64,000 nt of DNA, from positions 4,520-68,519 of the forward strand of contig CBFGNY010000003.1 of the NCBI GenBank assembly GCA_965650235.1. Direction: 5' to 3'. Made by a program: the position numbers and the translations under genes. The notes under the pieces are model-generated. The model saw nothing but the letters and a program-made list of their open reading frames with translations. It was not told the DNA's origin and did no database searches. Source of the stretch: an uncultured Flavobacterium sp. (lineage in GTDB: Bacteria > Bacteroidota > Bacteroidia > Flavobacteriales > Flavobacteriaceae). Shown here in pieces: positions 46,142 through 54,988 of the stretch (position 1 is its first letter; each line of letters opens with the position of its first letter).

Positions 46142-47062
46142 ATGAAAAAGCATTTATTTTTATTCGGATTCATGGTTTGCTCTATGGTCACAATGGCGCA
46201 AACAGAAAGTGCAGATAAACCGGAAAGCTGGTATTTTAAATTAGGAGGTTCATATTTTATTCAGACAGCAGCAACGGAATTTCCGACTGTTGGAGGTAAT
46301 CTGCCATTAAACAGAACATATGTTGGTGGGAAATTAGTTTCTGAGGAGAGTGTAACAGGATCTTTCGGGGAAGGTTTCAGAACTGGAATTACTGCCGGAT
46401 ATAGATTTAATACCCGTTTAGGAGTTGAATTGGGTGTTAATTATTACTCAAGTAATGATAAAACAATGGCACAAACAACTACAGATGCTATTTTCGTTTC
46501 TGGAGGAAGACCTGTTTATAATTTTAAGTCAGTAGGAAAAATTACAGCATTTGATTTGGCTCCTGCTTTGGTTTTATTTTTGGGGGAGCATAAAGGTTTT
46601 GAACCTTACACTAAAGTTGGTATTTTGGTTCCTGTTCATGGAGATTTAAAAATTACTACTGATGCAATTGCCCCAACAGGGGTTGCTAATCCAGCAACAG
46701 CTGAAGTTCATAGTGTAGATAAAATTAAACCAAATCCAACAATTGGATTTACAGCAGCTTTAGGTACATCTTATAAATTAGGAAAACATCTTTCTGTTTT
46801 TGGTGAATTAGAATATCGTAATTTTACAGTTCATGGAAAATCTAAAGAAACAATTGAGTTTAAAAGAAATGGTCAAGATGCTCTATCAACCAGAACTACA
46901 GCTCAAATCCATACTAATTATCAAGATCGTTTAGATGTTAATTCTAATAACGCTACAACGAATCCAAATGGTGTTGATAGTACAAAACCTACTGATGAAT
47001 TAAGCTCTTACGTTGGAATTTCTGGTTTAGGTTTGACTTTAGGTCTTAAATACAGTCTATAA
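46142..47062 (+). CDS. Outer-membrane beta-barrel protein
   Basis: Signal peptide, alternating beta strands, C-terminal LGLTLGLKYSL. Confidence 0.78.
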   Translation: MKKHLFLFGFMVCSMVTMAQTESADKPESWYFKLGGSYFIQTAATEFPTVGGNLPLNRTYVGGKLVSEESVTGSFGEGFRTGITAGYRFNTRLGVELGVNYYSSNDKTMAQTTTDAIFVSGGRPVYNFKSVGKITAFDLAPALVLFLGEHKGFEPYTKVGILVPVHGDLKITTDAIAPTGVANPATAEVHSVDKIKPNPTIGFTAALGTSYKLGKHLSVFGELEYRNFTVHGKSKETIEFKRNGQDALSTRTTAQIHTNYQDRLDVNSNNATTNPNGVDSTKPTDELSSYVGISGLGLTLGLKYSL

Positions 47063-47087
47063 TTCTAAAGAAATTTAGTTTTAAAAC

Positions 47088-47122
47088 GAAAGAGGATATT
47101 CATAACGGATATCCTCTTTTTT
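47088..47122 (+). terminator. Intrinsic terminator
   Basis: aaagaggatat / atatcctcttt stem plus T tract. Confidence 0.8.
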
Positions 47123-47137
47123 GTTCTTATGAAAACT

Positions 47138-47219
47138 GAAGCCATAGCCCTGATGGGAGAGGCATCCTTTTATGCCGGGGTTCGGCATAAAAGATACAAC
47201 GGACAGCAGGAATAGCTTC
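47138..47219. repeat. 82-bp REP/MITE-like element
   Basis: Ends gaagccat / atagcttc are near-inverted; internal 11-bp hairpin cttttatgccg-gggtt-cggcataaaag. GC-richer than its flanks. Confidence 0.65.
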
Positions 47220-47232
47220 CTGATGATTATAC

Positions 47233-48225
47233 TTATTTTGAATTTCTGAATTCTTTTAACACTTCATCGATTACCCATGTTGTTCTGGCACCGGAAACTC
47301 CGTTTGATGGCGAAACCCCTTCGGTTCCCAAAAGTTCTGCAACAACGGTTTCAATAAATGGCTGCTGAATGTGGATTGGATTTTCGATTGTGATACTTTC
47401 TTTTTCTCCATTTGCATATTGAATATGAATTGGATCATTTCCAAAGGTTGAAAAGGAGATTTTGCCATTATCACCCACAATTTCAGTATTGTCATAACGC
47501 TCGAAACTGGCGAAATTCCAAATTCCTGTTCCGTGGATTCCGTTTTCGAATAAAAAGGACATGGAGACAGCATCTTCGGCAGGATATGCCTTAAGTTGCG
47601 AATTTGCATGACCGCGAACAGATTTAATTGGTCCTAAAACAAAATCCAGAAAATCTAAAGTATGACAAGCAAGGTCGACAAATATACCGCCGCCTGAAAT
47701 GTGTGGTAAAACCGTCCACGGAAGATTGATTTCGTCGTCGTAACGTTCTTCAAACGGATGGTATAAAACGCAGTTTACATGTCTTACAGCTCCAATTTTA
47801 TTTTGATCGATTAGTTCTTTTATTTTTAAAAAGCGAGGCAGACTTCTTCTGTAATAGGCGACAAACAAGGGAACATTGTGTTCTTTGCAAACGCTAATCA
47901 TTTCGTTGCATTCTTCAAATGTCAGTGCCATTGGTTTTTCGACATAAATCGGTTTTCCGGCTTTGGCGCATAAAATTGTATATTCTTTGTGTGAAGATGG
48001 AGGTGTGGCAATATAAACGGCATCAACTTCAGGATCGTTGATTAAATCGACGGCGTTAGAGTACCATTTAGGCACATTATGACGTTTGGCGTAATCTTCG
48101 GCAAGTTCAGCATCTCTGCGCATTACGGCTACTAATGCTGAGTTAGGTGCTTTTTGAAAGGCAGGTCCGCTTTTTACTTCAGTTACATTTCCGCAGCCTA
48201 TGATTCCCCATTTTATAATTTTCAT
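47233..48225 (-). CDS. Gfo/Idh/MocA family oxidoreductase
   Basis: WGIIGCG, DAVYIATP, YVEKP and GGIFVDLACHTLD. Confidence 0.93.
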   Translation of the reverse strand: MKIIKWGIIGCGNVTEVKSGPAFQKAPNSALVAVMRRDAELAEDYAKRHNVPKWYSNAVDLINDPEVDAVYIATPPSSHKEYTILCAKAGKPIYVEKPMALTFEECNEMISVCKEHNVPLFVAYYRRSLPRFLKIKELIDQNKIGAVRHVNCVLYHPFEERYDDEINLPWTVLPHISGGGIFVDLACHTLDFLDFVLGPIKSVRGHANSQLKAYPAEDAVSMSFLFENGIHGTGIWNFASFERYDNTEIVGDNGKISFSTFGNDPIHIQYANGEKESITIENPIHIQQPFIETVVAELLGTEGVSPSNGVSGARTTWVIDEVLKEFRNSK

Positions 48226-48272
48226 TGTTACGTTTTTAAGTTATTTCAAATTTAAGATTTATTTGAAAAAAG

Positions 48273-48335
48273 TTTAGCCACAGATTGAAAAGATTCTCAG
48301 ATTTTATACTGTTTATCCTTTAATCTGTGGCTAAA
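48273..48335. repeat. REP-like inverted repeat, also plausible terminator
   Basis: tttagccacagatt (48273-48286) / aatctgtggctaaa (48322-48335), perfect 14 bp. Confidence 0.7.
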
Positions 48336-48353
48336 AAAATTAAGTATTAAGTT

Positions 48354-50462
48354 TTACTTTTTAGGCAAAGCTTTAAAACCCATATTGTAAAGCGTGAATG
48401 CCTGAATATCTACACTTTCCTGAATGGTTGCCGCAACTGATTTTCCGGCTCCGTGACCTGCTTTTACATCGATACGAATCAATACGGGATTGTCTCCAGT
48501 TTGCTTTTCTTGTAATTCGGCAGCAAATTTAAAACTGTGTGCAGGAACTACACGGTCATCATGATCTCCAGTTGTTACCATTGTGGCAGGATACTGAACA
48601 CCTTTTTTAACGTTTTGTACCGGAGAATATCCTTTAAGGTATTCGAACATTTCTTTATTATCCTGAGCTGTTCCGTAATCGTAAGCCCATCCAGCTCCAG
48701 CGGTGAAAGTATGGTAACGCAGCATGTCCATAACCCCAACGGCCGGTAAAGCTACTTTGAATAAATCAGGACGTTGTGTCATAGCTGCTCCAACTAATAG
48801 ACCTCCGTTAGAACCTCCGCGAATTGCCAAGAAATCTGATGAGGTATATTTTTGAGCTATTAAATATTCGGCCGCAGCGATAAAATCGTCAAATACATTT
48901 TGTTTTTGCAATTTAGTTCCTGCATCATGCCATTTTTTTCCGTACTCGCCACCACCTCTTAAATTAGCAACAGCATAAACACCTCCGTTTTCCATCCAGA
49001 CTGCATTTGCAATACTGAAAGCAGGTGTTAAGCTAATATTGAATCCACCATAACCATAAAGAATAGTTGGGTTTTTACCGTCAAGTTTTGTTCCTTTTTT
49101 ATAGGTGATAATCATCGGGATTTTTGTTCCGTCTTTTGAAGTGTAAAAAACTTGTTTTGATTCGAAGTCGTCACTTTTGAAATCCACTTTTGGTTTTTGA
49201 TACACTTCAGATTTACCCGATTTTGGTTCAAATGAAAAAATGGATCCCGGAGTTGTATAATTGGTAAAAGAATAATATAATATTTTTTCTTTCTTTTTTC
49301 CTCCAAATCCTCCAGCGGTTCCAACAGCAGGTAGTTTAATTTCACGGACTAATTTTCCGTTATAATCGTATTGCTGTACTAATGAAACAGCATCTTTTGT
49401 ATAATTGGCAAAAAAGTAACCGCCACCAGTTGATGGAGACAAAATATTTTGTGTCTCCGGAATAAAATCTTTCCAGTTCTCCGGTTTTGGATTGCTGAAA
49501 TCTACAGAAACCACTTTTTTGTTTGGAGCATTCAAATCGGTATCGATAAACAATTTGGTTCCTTCATTTTCAATAATCGAATTGTCGCTGTTAAAGTTGT
49601 CAACAATTGTAATTATTGGGCTGTCTGCAACTGTTAAATCTTTAATGTATAATTCATTTCCGTAAGTAGAGTTGGCAGCGGTAATGACTAGATAGCGGTT
49701 GTCTTCGGTAACATAACCGCCCACATATCTTCTTTTTTGATCAGCACCAAAAATAACTTTATCCTCTTTTTGAGAGGTACCTAACTTATGATAATACAAT
49801 TTATGCTGATCTGTTTTAGCAGATAATTCGCTTCCTTTTGGCTTGTCATAACTAGAGTAATAAAATCCTTCATTTTTATACCAGGATACGCCGCTGAATT
49901 TTACATCAACCAAAGTATCTTCTATAATTTTTTTAGATAAGGCATCAATTAAAATTACTTTTCTCCAGTCGCTTCCGCCTTCAGAAATTGCATAGGCGGC
50001 TTTTGATCCGTCATCAGAAAAATCCAAACCTCCAAGAGATGTTGTTCCGTCTTTAGAAAATGTATTCGGATCTAAAAAAACTTCTTCTTTGCCTTTTTCA
50101 TCTTTTCGGTAAATAACCGACTGATTCTGAAGCCCGTTGTTTTTTGAATAATAAGTAAATTTTCCTTCGATAAAAGGAGCACTTATTTTTTCGTAATTCC
50201 AAAGTTTTTCCATGCGGGTTTTCAGCTCATTTCGAAACGGGATTTTATCTAAATACCCATACGTAACTTCATTTTGTGCTTTTACCCAGGCTCCGGTTTC
50301 GGCAGATTTATCGTCTTCAAGCCAACGATATGGATCGTTTACTTTGGTGTCAAAATATACATCTACGGTTTCTCCTTTCTTGGTTTCAGGATACTGAATT
50401 TTATTTTGCCCGAATGAAATTCCTGCTGTAGTTATAGCCATTATAAGAATTGTTTTTTTCAT
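48354..50462 (-). CDS. Prolyl oligopeptidase (S9A), exported
   Basis: DPYRWLED, YGYGGF, GGSNGGLL (Ser), DHDDRV (Asp) and AGHGAG (His). ATG 50462 starts the signal peptide. Confidence 0.95.
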   Translation of the reverse strand: MKKTILIMAITTAGISFGQNKIQYPETKKGETVDVYFDTKVNDPYRWLEDDKSAETGAWVKAQNEVTYGYLDKIPFRNELKTRMEKLWNYEKISAPFIEGKFTYYSKNNGLQNQSVIYRKDEKGKEEVFLDPNTFSKDGTTSLGGLDFSDDGSKAAYAISEGGSDWRKVILIDALSKKIIEDTLVDVKFSGVSWYKNEGFYYSSYDKPKGSELSAKTDQHKLYYHKLGTSQKEDKVIFGADQKRRYVGGYVTEDNRYLVITAANSTYGNELYIKDLTVADSPIITIVDNFNSDNSIIENEGTKLFIDTDLNAPNKKVVSVDFSNPKPENWKDFIPETQNILSPSTGGGYFFANYTKDAVSLVQQYDYNGKLVREIKLPAVGTAGGFGGKKKEKILYYSFTNYTTPGSIFSFEPKSGKSEVYQKPKVDFKSDDFESKQVFYTSKDGTKIPMIITYKKGTKLDGKNPTILYGYGGFNISLTPAFSIANAVWMENGGVYAVANLRGGGEYGKKWHDAGTKLQKQNVFDDFIAAAEYLIAQKYTSSDFLAIRGGSNGGLLVGAAMTQRPDLFKVALPAVGVMDMLRYHTFTAGAGWAYDYGTAQDNKEMFEYLKGYSPVQNVKKGVQYPATMVTTGDHDDRVVPAHSFKFAAELQEKQTGDNPVLIRIDVKAGHGAGKSVAATIQESVDIQAFTLYNMGFKALPKK

Positions 50463-50637
50463 AGTTAAATTTTGTGTTTGTAACAAAAATAGTAAATTTT
50501 GTTGAAAAAAAAATTGCAACCATATAAGTCGTATAAGTTCCCTTGTCATTGTTATCCTAGGGAGTCGAAGCTCTTTTTTTCTGCTAAAAGAACTTCTGGT
50601 CCGTTCACTGCAGTTCTTACTAAATGGTTGTAAAATG

Positions 50638-52845
50638 TTACAGATTAAAGTTCACTCCTAAAACAATATTTCTACCAATATTTGGAATTCCGTCGGTTTT
50701 TAATCGGGAAAGGTGGGCAATGTATTCTTTATCGAATAAGTTGTTTCCGTTCAGGCTTACATCAAAAGCAGTTTTGCCCAATTTTACAGTTCCTCCAAAA
50801 CCTAAATTTACGAGAGTATAGCCTTTTGATGCTGTTTCAAAACCACTCACATTATCCTGATCAAAGGTTGAAGAAATATTTAGAGAAGCATAGCCTTCCC
50901 TGAACCAGTTTTTGATGTTGAATTCTGTTCTAATCGTATTATTCCAGTTGTTGGCAGGAATTAATGGCAAATAATCATCATTGTCTTTTTTACCTGTTAC
51001 GGTTTCAAAACTGGTTTCAAAATGCAGCCAGTCCAAAGGGTGTGGATGAAAATGCAGTCCAGCTTCACCTCCAAATAATTTTGCATTATCCTGAACGTAG
51101 GCAAAAACATCATTGTCATCTAAAACTTCTCCTGTTGGGGACGTAAAAATGTAATTGTTGATATGATTGTAAAATCCGTTTATGAAAAATTCAAAATGGG
51201 AGTTTTTATACTCTAAATTCAAATCGGTCTGAACATTTTGCTCGGTTTTTAAATTGCTGTTTCCAATTTCATATCGGTTTGTGCCTTCATGGACACCATT
51301 TGAAGTTAATTCGGCTAAGTTCGGCGCTCTAAATCCGGTAGCAACATTCAATCGAAGTGTAAGCGCTTCTGCTAATTTTGTTTTGTATCCTAACGAAGCA
51401 TTAAAGCTGTCAAAAGATTTATCTAAAGCTTCAAAATAACCTTCTTCGCCTTCGATTCCGTGAGCTTCAGAGGTAATATTTCGGTTATCAAAACGTAATC
51501 CGGCTTGTAAAACGCTGTTGTTCCATTCATAATTGGCAGTTCCAAAAACTCCAAAATCATTTGTAGTTGCATTCGGAATCAAATATTCTTCACCCGAATT
51601 TTTGTTCGTTTGGTGCATTCCCTGAACGCCTAAAATGGTTTCGATTTTACCCATTTTCGGAAAATGATATTTTGCATTGTAATTAAAAGTATTCAGTTTC
51701 ATGCGTAGCGCTGCATCATTGCTGTCCTCAAATTCGCTTCGGTCATTTGAAATATATCCCAAATCTACATCCAGTTTAGAGTCTTCAAAAAAGATCACAT
51801 TATTCACACTAAATAAATGATTGAAAATTCCCTGTCTTGGAAATTGTGTGTCTTTGCTTGATGATTGTTCTGCAATTCCGCCTTCCGGAATTCCGATATC
51901 CAGTTTATTGTAATTGTATCGTAAAACACTTGAAAAAGTGGAGTTGCTGTAGCCGATGCCGGTTTTAAAATCGGTTTCGTTGTAACGTGAATTTGTTACG
52001 CGATCGCCATCGGCAATTTTATAGTCAGAATGGGTGTTGAAACTTCCACGAGCCAGAAATTTCCAGTTATCGGTAGACGTTTTTAAACCAATGGAAGAGT
52101 TGCTTCCTTGGGTATTGGTAAAATATTTTTGACTGAAATTAGCTTTAAACGTATTAGCATCGGCAAATTTTTCAGGATTGAAATACAAAACACCTCCCAA
52201 AGCATCAGAACCATATAATAAAGAAGCAGGTCCTTTAATCACTTCGACACTTTCGATTCCGGCATCGTTTAAGCCTAAGCCATGCTCGTCTCCAAACTGT
52301 TGGTTCTCGATACGAACACCTTGCGAATAAACCAAAACACGATTACCGCTAAGTCCGCGAATTACCGGTTTCCCGATAGAAGTTCCGGTTGAAATCTGAG
52401 AAACTCCTGGAATCGTTGCCAGACCTTCAATTAAAGTTGAAGTGCCTTTTTGCTGTAAAGTTTTAATACTTTCATGCTCGACTTTCATTACGTTTTGAGA
52501 TTGCAATTTGTTGAAAGCAGTTGAAACCACTACTTCATCCATTTCAAAAACAGATTCTGAAAGTGTAATATCCAAAGTATTTTCCTTTAATAATTTGGGA
52601 ATGGTTTTATTTTGAGTGGTGAATCCGACGAAAGTAAATCCTAGTCGTAAACTTCCGTTTGGAAGATTGGTAAATTCATACTTACCGTTTTCGTCCGTTG
52701 TTGTTCCCTTATGCAATTCGGGTGCATAAACAGACACGCCGGGCATGGGTTGGTTTTCTAAATTTGTTACAGTTCCTGAAACAGAATTTTGAGCAGAAAG
52801 AATGCCCGAAAACCCTAAAATAAGGGCTATTATGATTTTTTTCAT
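50638..52845 (-). CDS. TonB-dependent receptor (non-SusC, probable metal uptake)
   Basis: Signal peptide, N-terminal carboxypeptidase-regulatory-like domain, EVIKGPASLLYGSDALGGV, GFRAPNLAEL and GRNIVLGVNFNL. ATG 52845. Confidence 0.92.
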   Translation of the reverse strand: MKKIIIALILGFSGILSAQNSVSGTVTNLENQPMPGVSVYAPELHKGTTTDENGKYEFTNLPNGSLRLGFTFVGFTTQNKTIPKLLKENTLDITLSESVFEMDEVVVSTAFNKLQSQNVMKVEHESIKTLQQKGTSTLIEGLATIPGVSQISTGTSIGKPVIRGLSGNRVLVYSQGVRIENQQFGDEHGLGLNDAGIESVEVIKGPASLLYGSDALGGVLYFNPEKFADANTFKANFSQKYFTNTQGSNSSIGLKTSTDNWKFLARGSFNTHSDYKIADGDRVTNSRYNETDFKTGIGYSNSTFSSVLRYNYNKLDIGIPEGGIAEQSSSKDTQFPRQGIFNHLFSVNNVIFFEDSKLDVDLGYISNDRSEFEDSNDAALRMKLNTFNYNAKYHFPKMGKIETILGVQGMHQTNKNSGEEYLIPNATTNDFGVFGTANYEWNNSVLQAGLRFDNRNITSEAHGIEGEEGYFEALDKSFDSFNASLGYKTKLAEALTLRLNVATGFRAPNLAELTSNGVHEGTNRYEIGNSNLKTEQNVQTDLNLEYKNSHFEFFINGFYNHINNYIFTSPTGEVLDDNDVFAYVQDNAKLFGGEAGLHFHPHPLDWLHFETSFETVTGKKDNDDYLPLIPANNWNNTIRTEFNIKNWFREGYASLNISSTFDQDNVSGFETASKGYTLVNLGFGGTVKLGKTAFDVSLNGNNLFDKEYIAHLSRLKTDGIPNIGRNIVLGVNFNL

Positions 52846-52999
52846 TTGAAAAAGATTGCTATAGTTAATTGATTTTTCTTTTAATGATATCAAAAGAAAA
52901 GTGAAGTTTCCGAATCTCTATAAAATGAAGGTCAGGAAATCTATTTGAGTTTTGAGTCAATTAAAAGTGTTTTGTTTCGGATAATCGAAACTTAAGAAA

Positions 53000-53344
53000 C
53001 TATAGTAAAGGCGGTCCCCGAAGAGAGTATAAACTTCCTGAAAATGAAACAACACTTTCAGAAAAGCTAAAGAAATATGGAATCTCTTTATGATTTTTAA
53101 AAAACTGAAATGAAAATTTTTCAGGTGTGATATAACTTTCAAAAGAAAAATGACACACAAAACACGAATCATCGTTATGATGCTCATGTGTGATTTCGCC
53201 ATTTACATCATTATAATTATGATGGCATTTTTTTTCTGAAAACTGTTTTGTAATATGCTCATAACTGTGCAGGGACTGAAACAGTATAGAGAACAATACT
53301 ATTAAAGCCAAAGAAAAACTGGTTATTAGCTGCTTTCTTTTCAT
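53000..53344 (-). CDS. His/Cys-rich small protein ending LRGPP (DUF2946-like)
   Basis: N-terminal hydrophobic helix, LHSYEH, CHH, HEHHNDDSCFVCHF and SLRGPPLL; 154 nt upstream of the TonB receptor on the same strand. Confidence 0.75.
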   Translation of the reverse strand: MKRKQLITSFSLALIVLFSILFQSLHSYEHITKQFSEKKCHHNYNDVNGEITHEHHNDDSCFVCHFSFESYITPEKFSFQFFKNHKEIPYFFSFSESVVSFSGSLYSLRGPPLL

Positions 53345-53553
53345 AATCTTACAAAGGTATAAAAGGTAAATATAAAAATCTCTGATTTTTGGGCTTTTTA
53401 TTGAAAATAGTGCAACAAAATATTTTTATAAGGAATGAAAACAGAATAATCGCATTAAAATCATCTCATCAAATAGCATTATATTATATTTGTGAGTCAA
53501 ATAAATAAACCCAAAAAACGTTTATCTCAAATCCTCTTTAACTCAAACACACT

Positions 53554-54255
53554 ATGCGATCATTTTTTAGTTGTTTATTTCTGGTATCGTTTTTCAATGT
53601 TTTCTCACAGGAAGAAAAACCTGAAATTAAACCAATGGTTAAAATTGACTCCTTATACAGAGAAGATCAGTTTTATTTTTCGGTCACCTACAATCTTTTG
53701 ACAAAGGTTCCAAGTGATCTAAAACAGGAAAAATTTTCTGCTGGGATTTCTCTAGGTTTTTTACGGGATATGCCTGTCAATAAAAAACGGACTGTTGCCA
53801 TTGCCGCCGGTCTTGGTTTAAGTTATAAAAATTTTTATCAAAACCTGACGATCCAGGATGTACAGGGTAATCGTATTTATGGAGTTGGTCCTTTTAATGA
53901 ATTTGAATCGAATAAATTAAGGCAATATCTGATAGATCTACCAATAGAATTCAGATGGCGAAATTCGACCTACGACAGTCATAAGTTCTGGAGAATTTAT
54001 ACTGGACTGAAATTTAGTTATGTCTTGTCAGACAAGTCAGTTTTTAAAGATGGCGAAGAAGGGATGTCTGTTATAAAAAACAATACAGATTTAAATAAGT
54101 TCCAATATGGGGTTTATCTTTCTGCGGGTTATAATACATGGAATGTGCATGCTTATTACGGTTTAAATCCAATGTTTAAATCCTTGAATACGCTGCAAGG
54201 CGAAAAGTTACAGATGAAAGCGGCAAGCATTGGCCTAATGTTTTATATTTTATAA
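53554..54255 (+). CDS. Outer-membrane beta-barrel (PorT-like/porin family)
   Basis: Signal peptide, YREDQFY, LPIEFRWR, GYNTWN..AYYGLNPMF and terminal GLMFYIL. Confidence 0.75.
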   Translation: MRSFFSCLFLVSFFNVFSQEEKPEIKPMVKIDSLYREDQFYFSVTYNLLTKVPSDLKQEKFSAGISLGFLRDMPVNKKRTVAIAAGLGLSYKNFYQNLTIQDVQGNRIYGVGPFNEFESNKLRQYLIDLPIEFRWRNSTYDSHKFWRIYTGLKFSYVLSDKSVFKDGEEGMSVIKNNTDLNKFQYGVYLSAGYNTWNVHAYYGLNPMFKSLNTLQGEKLQMKAASIGLMFYIL

Positions 54256-54918
54256 CCATAAGTATAAAAACAAAAGCTGAGGGATTATTCCAATTACAAA
54301 ACCGAGAAGCAATTCTTTGTGGGTATGTGCATTCATTTCCAAACGTGATGATGCTACAATTCCGGTAAGTAAAATCAAGAATGCAGACCAATATGGATTA
54401 TGCATTTGTAAATGCACATTCATCCCGATTACAAATACAGCAAAACCGCTTATTGCCATCATGTGCAAACTCGCTTTTACCTTAAAAAGCGAATAAATTA
54501 AAGCTATAATAGTACTAAACAAACCGCCCAGAAAAAAGAAATGCAGTTCAGGGTAACGAGCAATAACAATGCTTCGCTTTACTAATAAAATAAGTAAAAA
54601 ACATTGTAAAGTTAGCGGAATTATGCGTTGAGATGTTTCGTGAATCATTACAGATTTTACATTTCCGGTAGATCTTAGCAACAAGAAAAACAATATGGGA
54701 ACTATAACGGTAATAATCAGAATCTGAAATAAAACAAAGTATTTTTCCTGAATAGTGAAGGCGTCATCTTTATAAAAAAGATAAAATAAAGCGGCATACA
54801 TCGATATAAAAATCGGATGTAATATATAGGAGAATATGGGAAGAATTCTTTTCAAAATACTGTAATTTGAGGTCTTTAACAAATATAATTGAAATATAAA
54901 TACGTTGTTGTAAACCAA
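54250..54918 (-). CDS. Multi-pass membrane protein
   Basis: About six hydrophobic helices, HPIF, KASLHM and RLEMNAHT..EL motifs (PAP2-like character). Confidence 0.7.
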   Translation of the reverse strand: MVYNNVFIFQLYLLKTSNYSILKRILPIFSYILHPIFISMYAALFYLFYKDDAFTIQEKYFVLFQILIITVIVPILFFLLLRSTGNVKSVMIHETSQRIIPLTLQCFLLILLVKRSIVIARYPELHFFFLGGLFSTIIALIYSLFKVKASLHMMAISGFAVFVIGMNVHLQMHNPYWSAFLILLTGIVASSRLEMNAHTHKELLLGFVIGIIPQLLFLYLWL

Positions 54919-54988
54919 TTATTTTTTAAGAAAATCACAACTCTTTTCTACCTTTAATGTTTTAAATTTGAAAAAAGAAACTTTTTAA

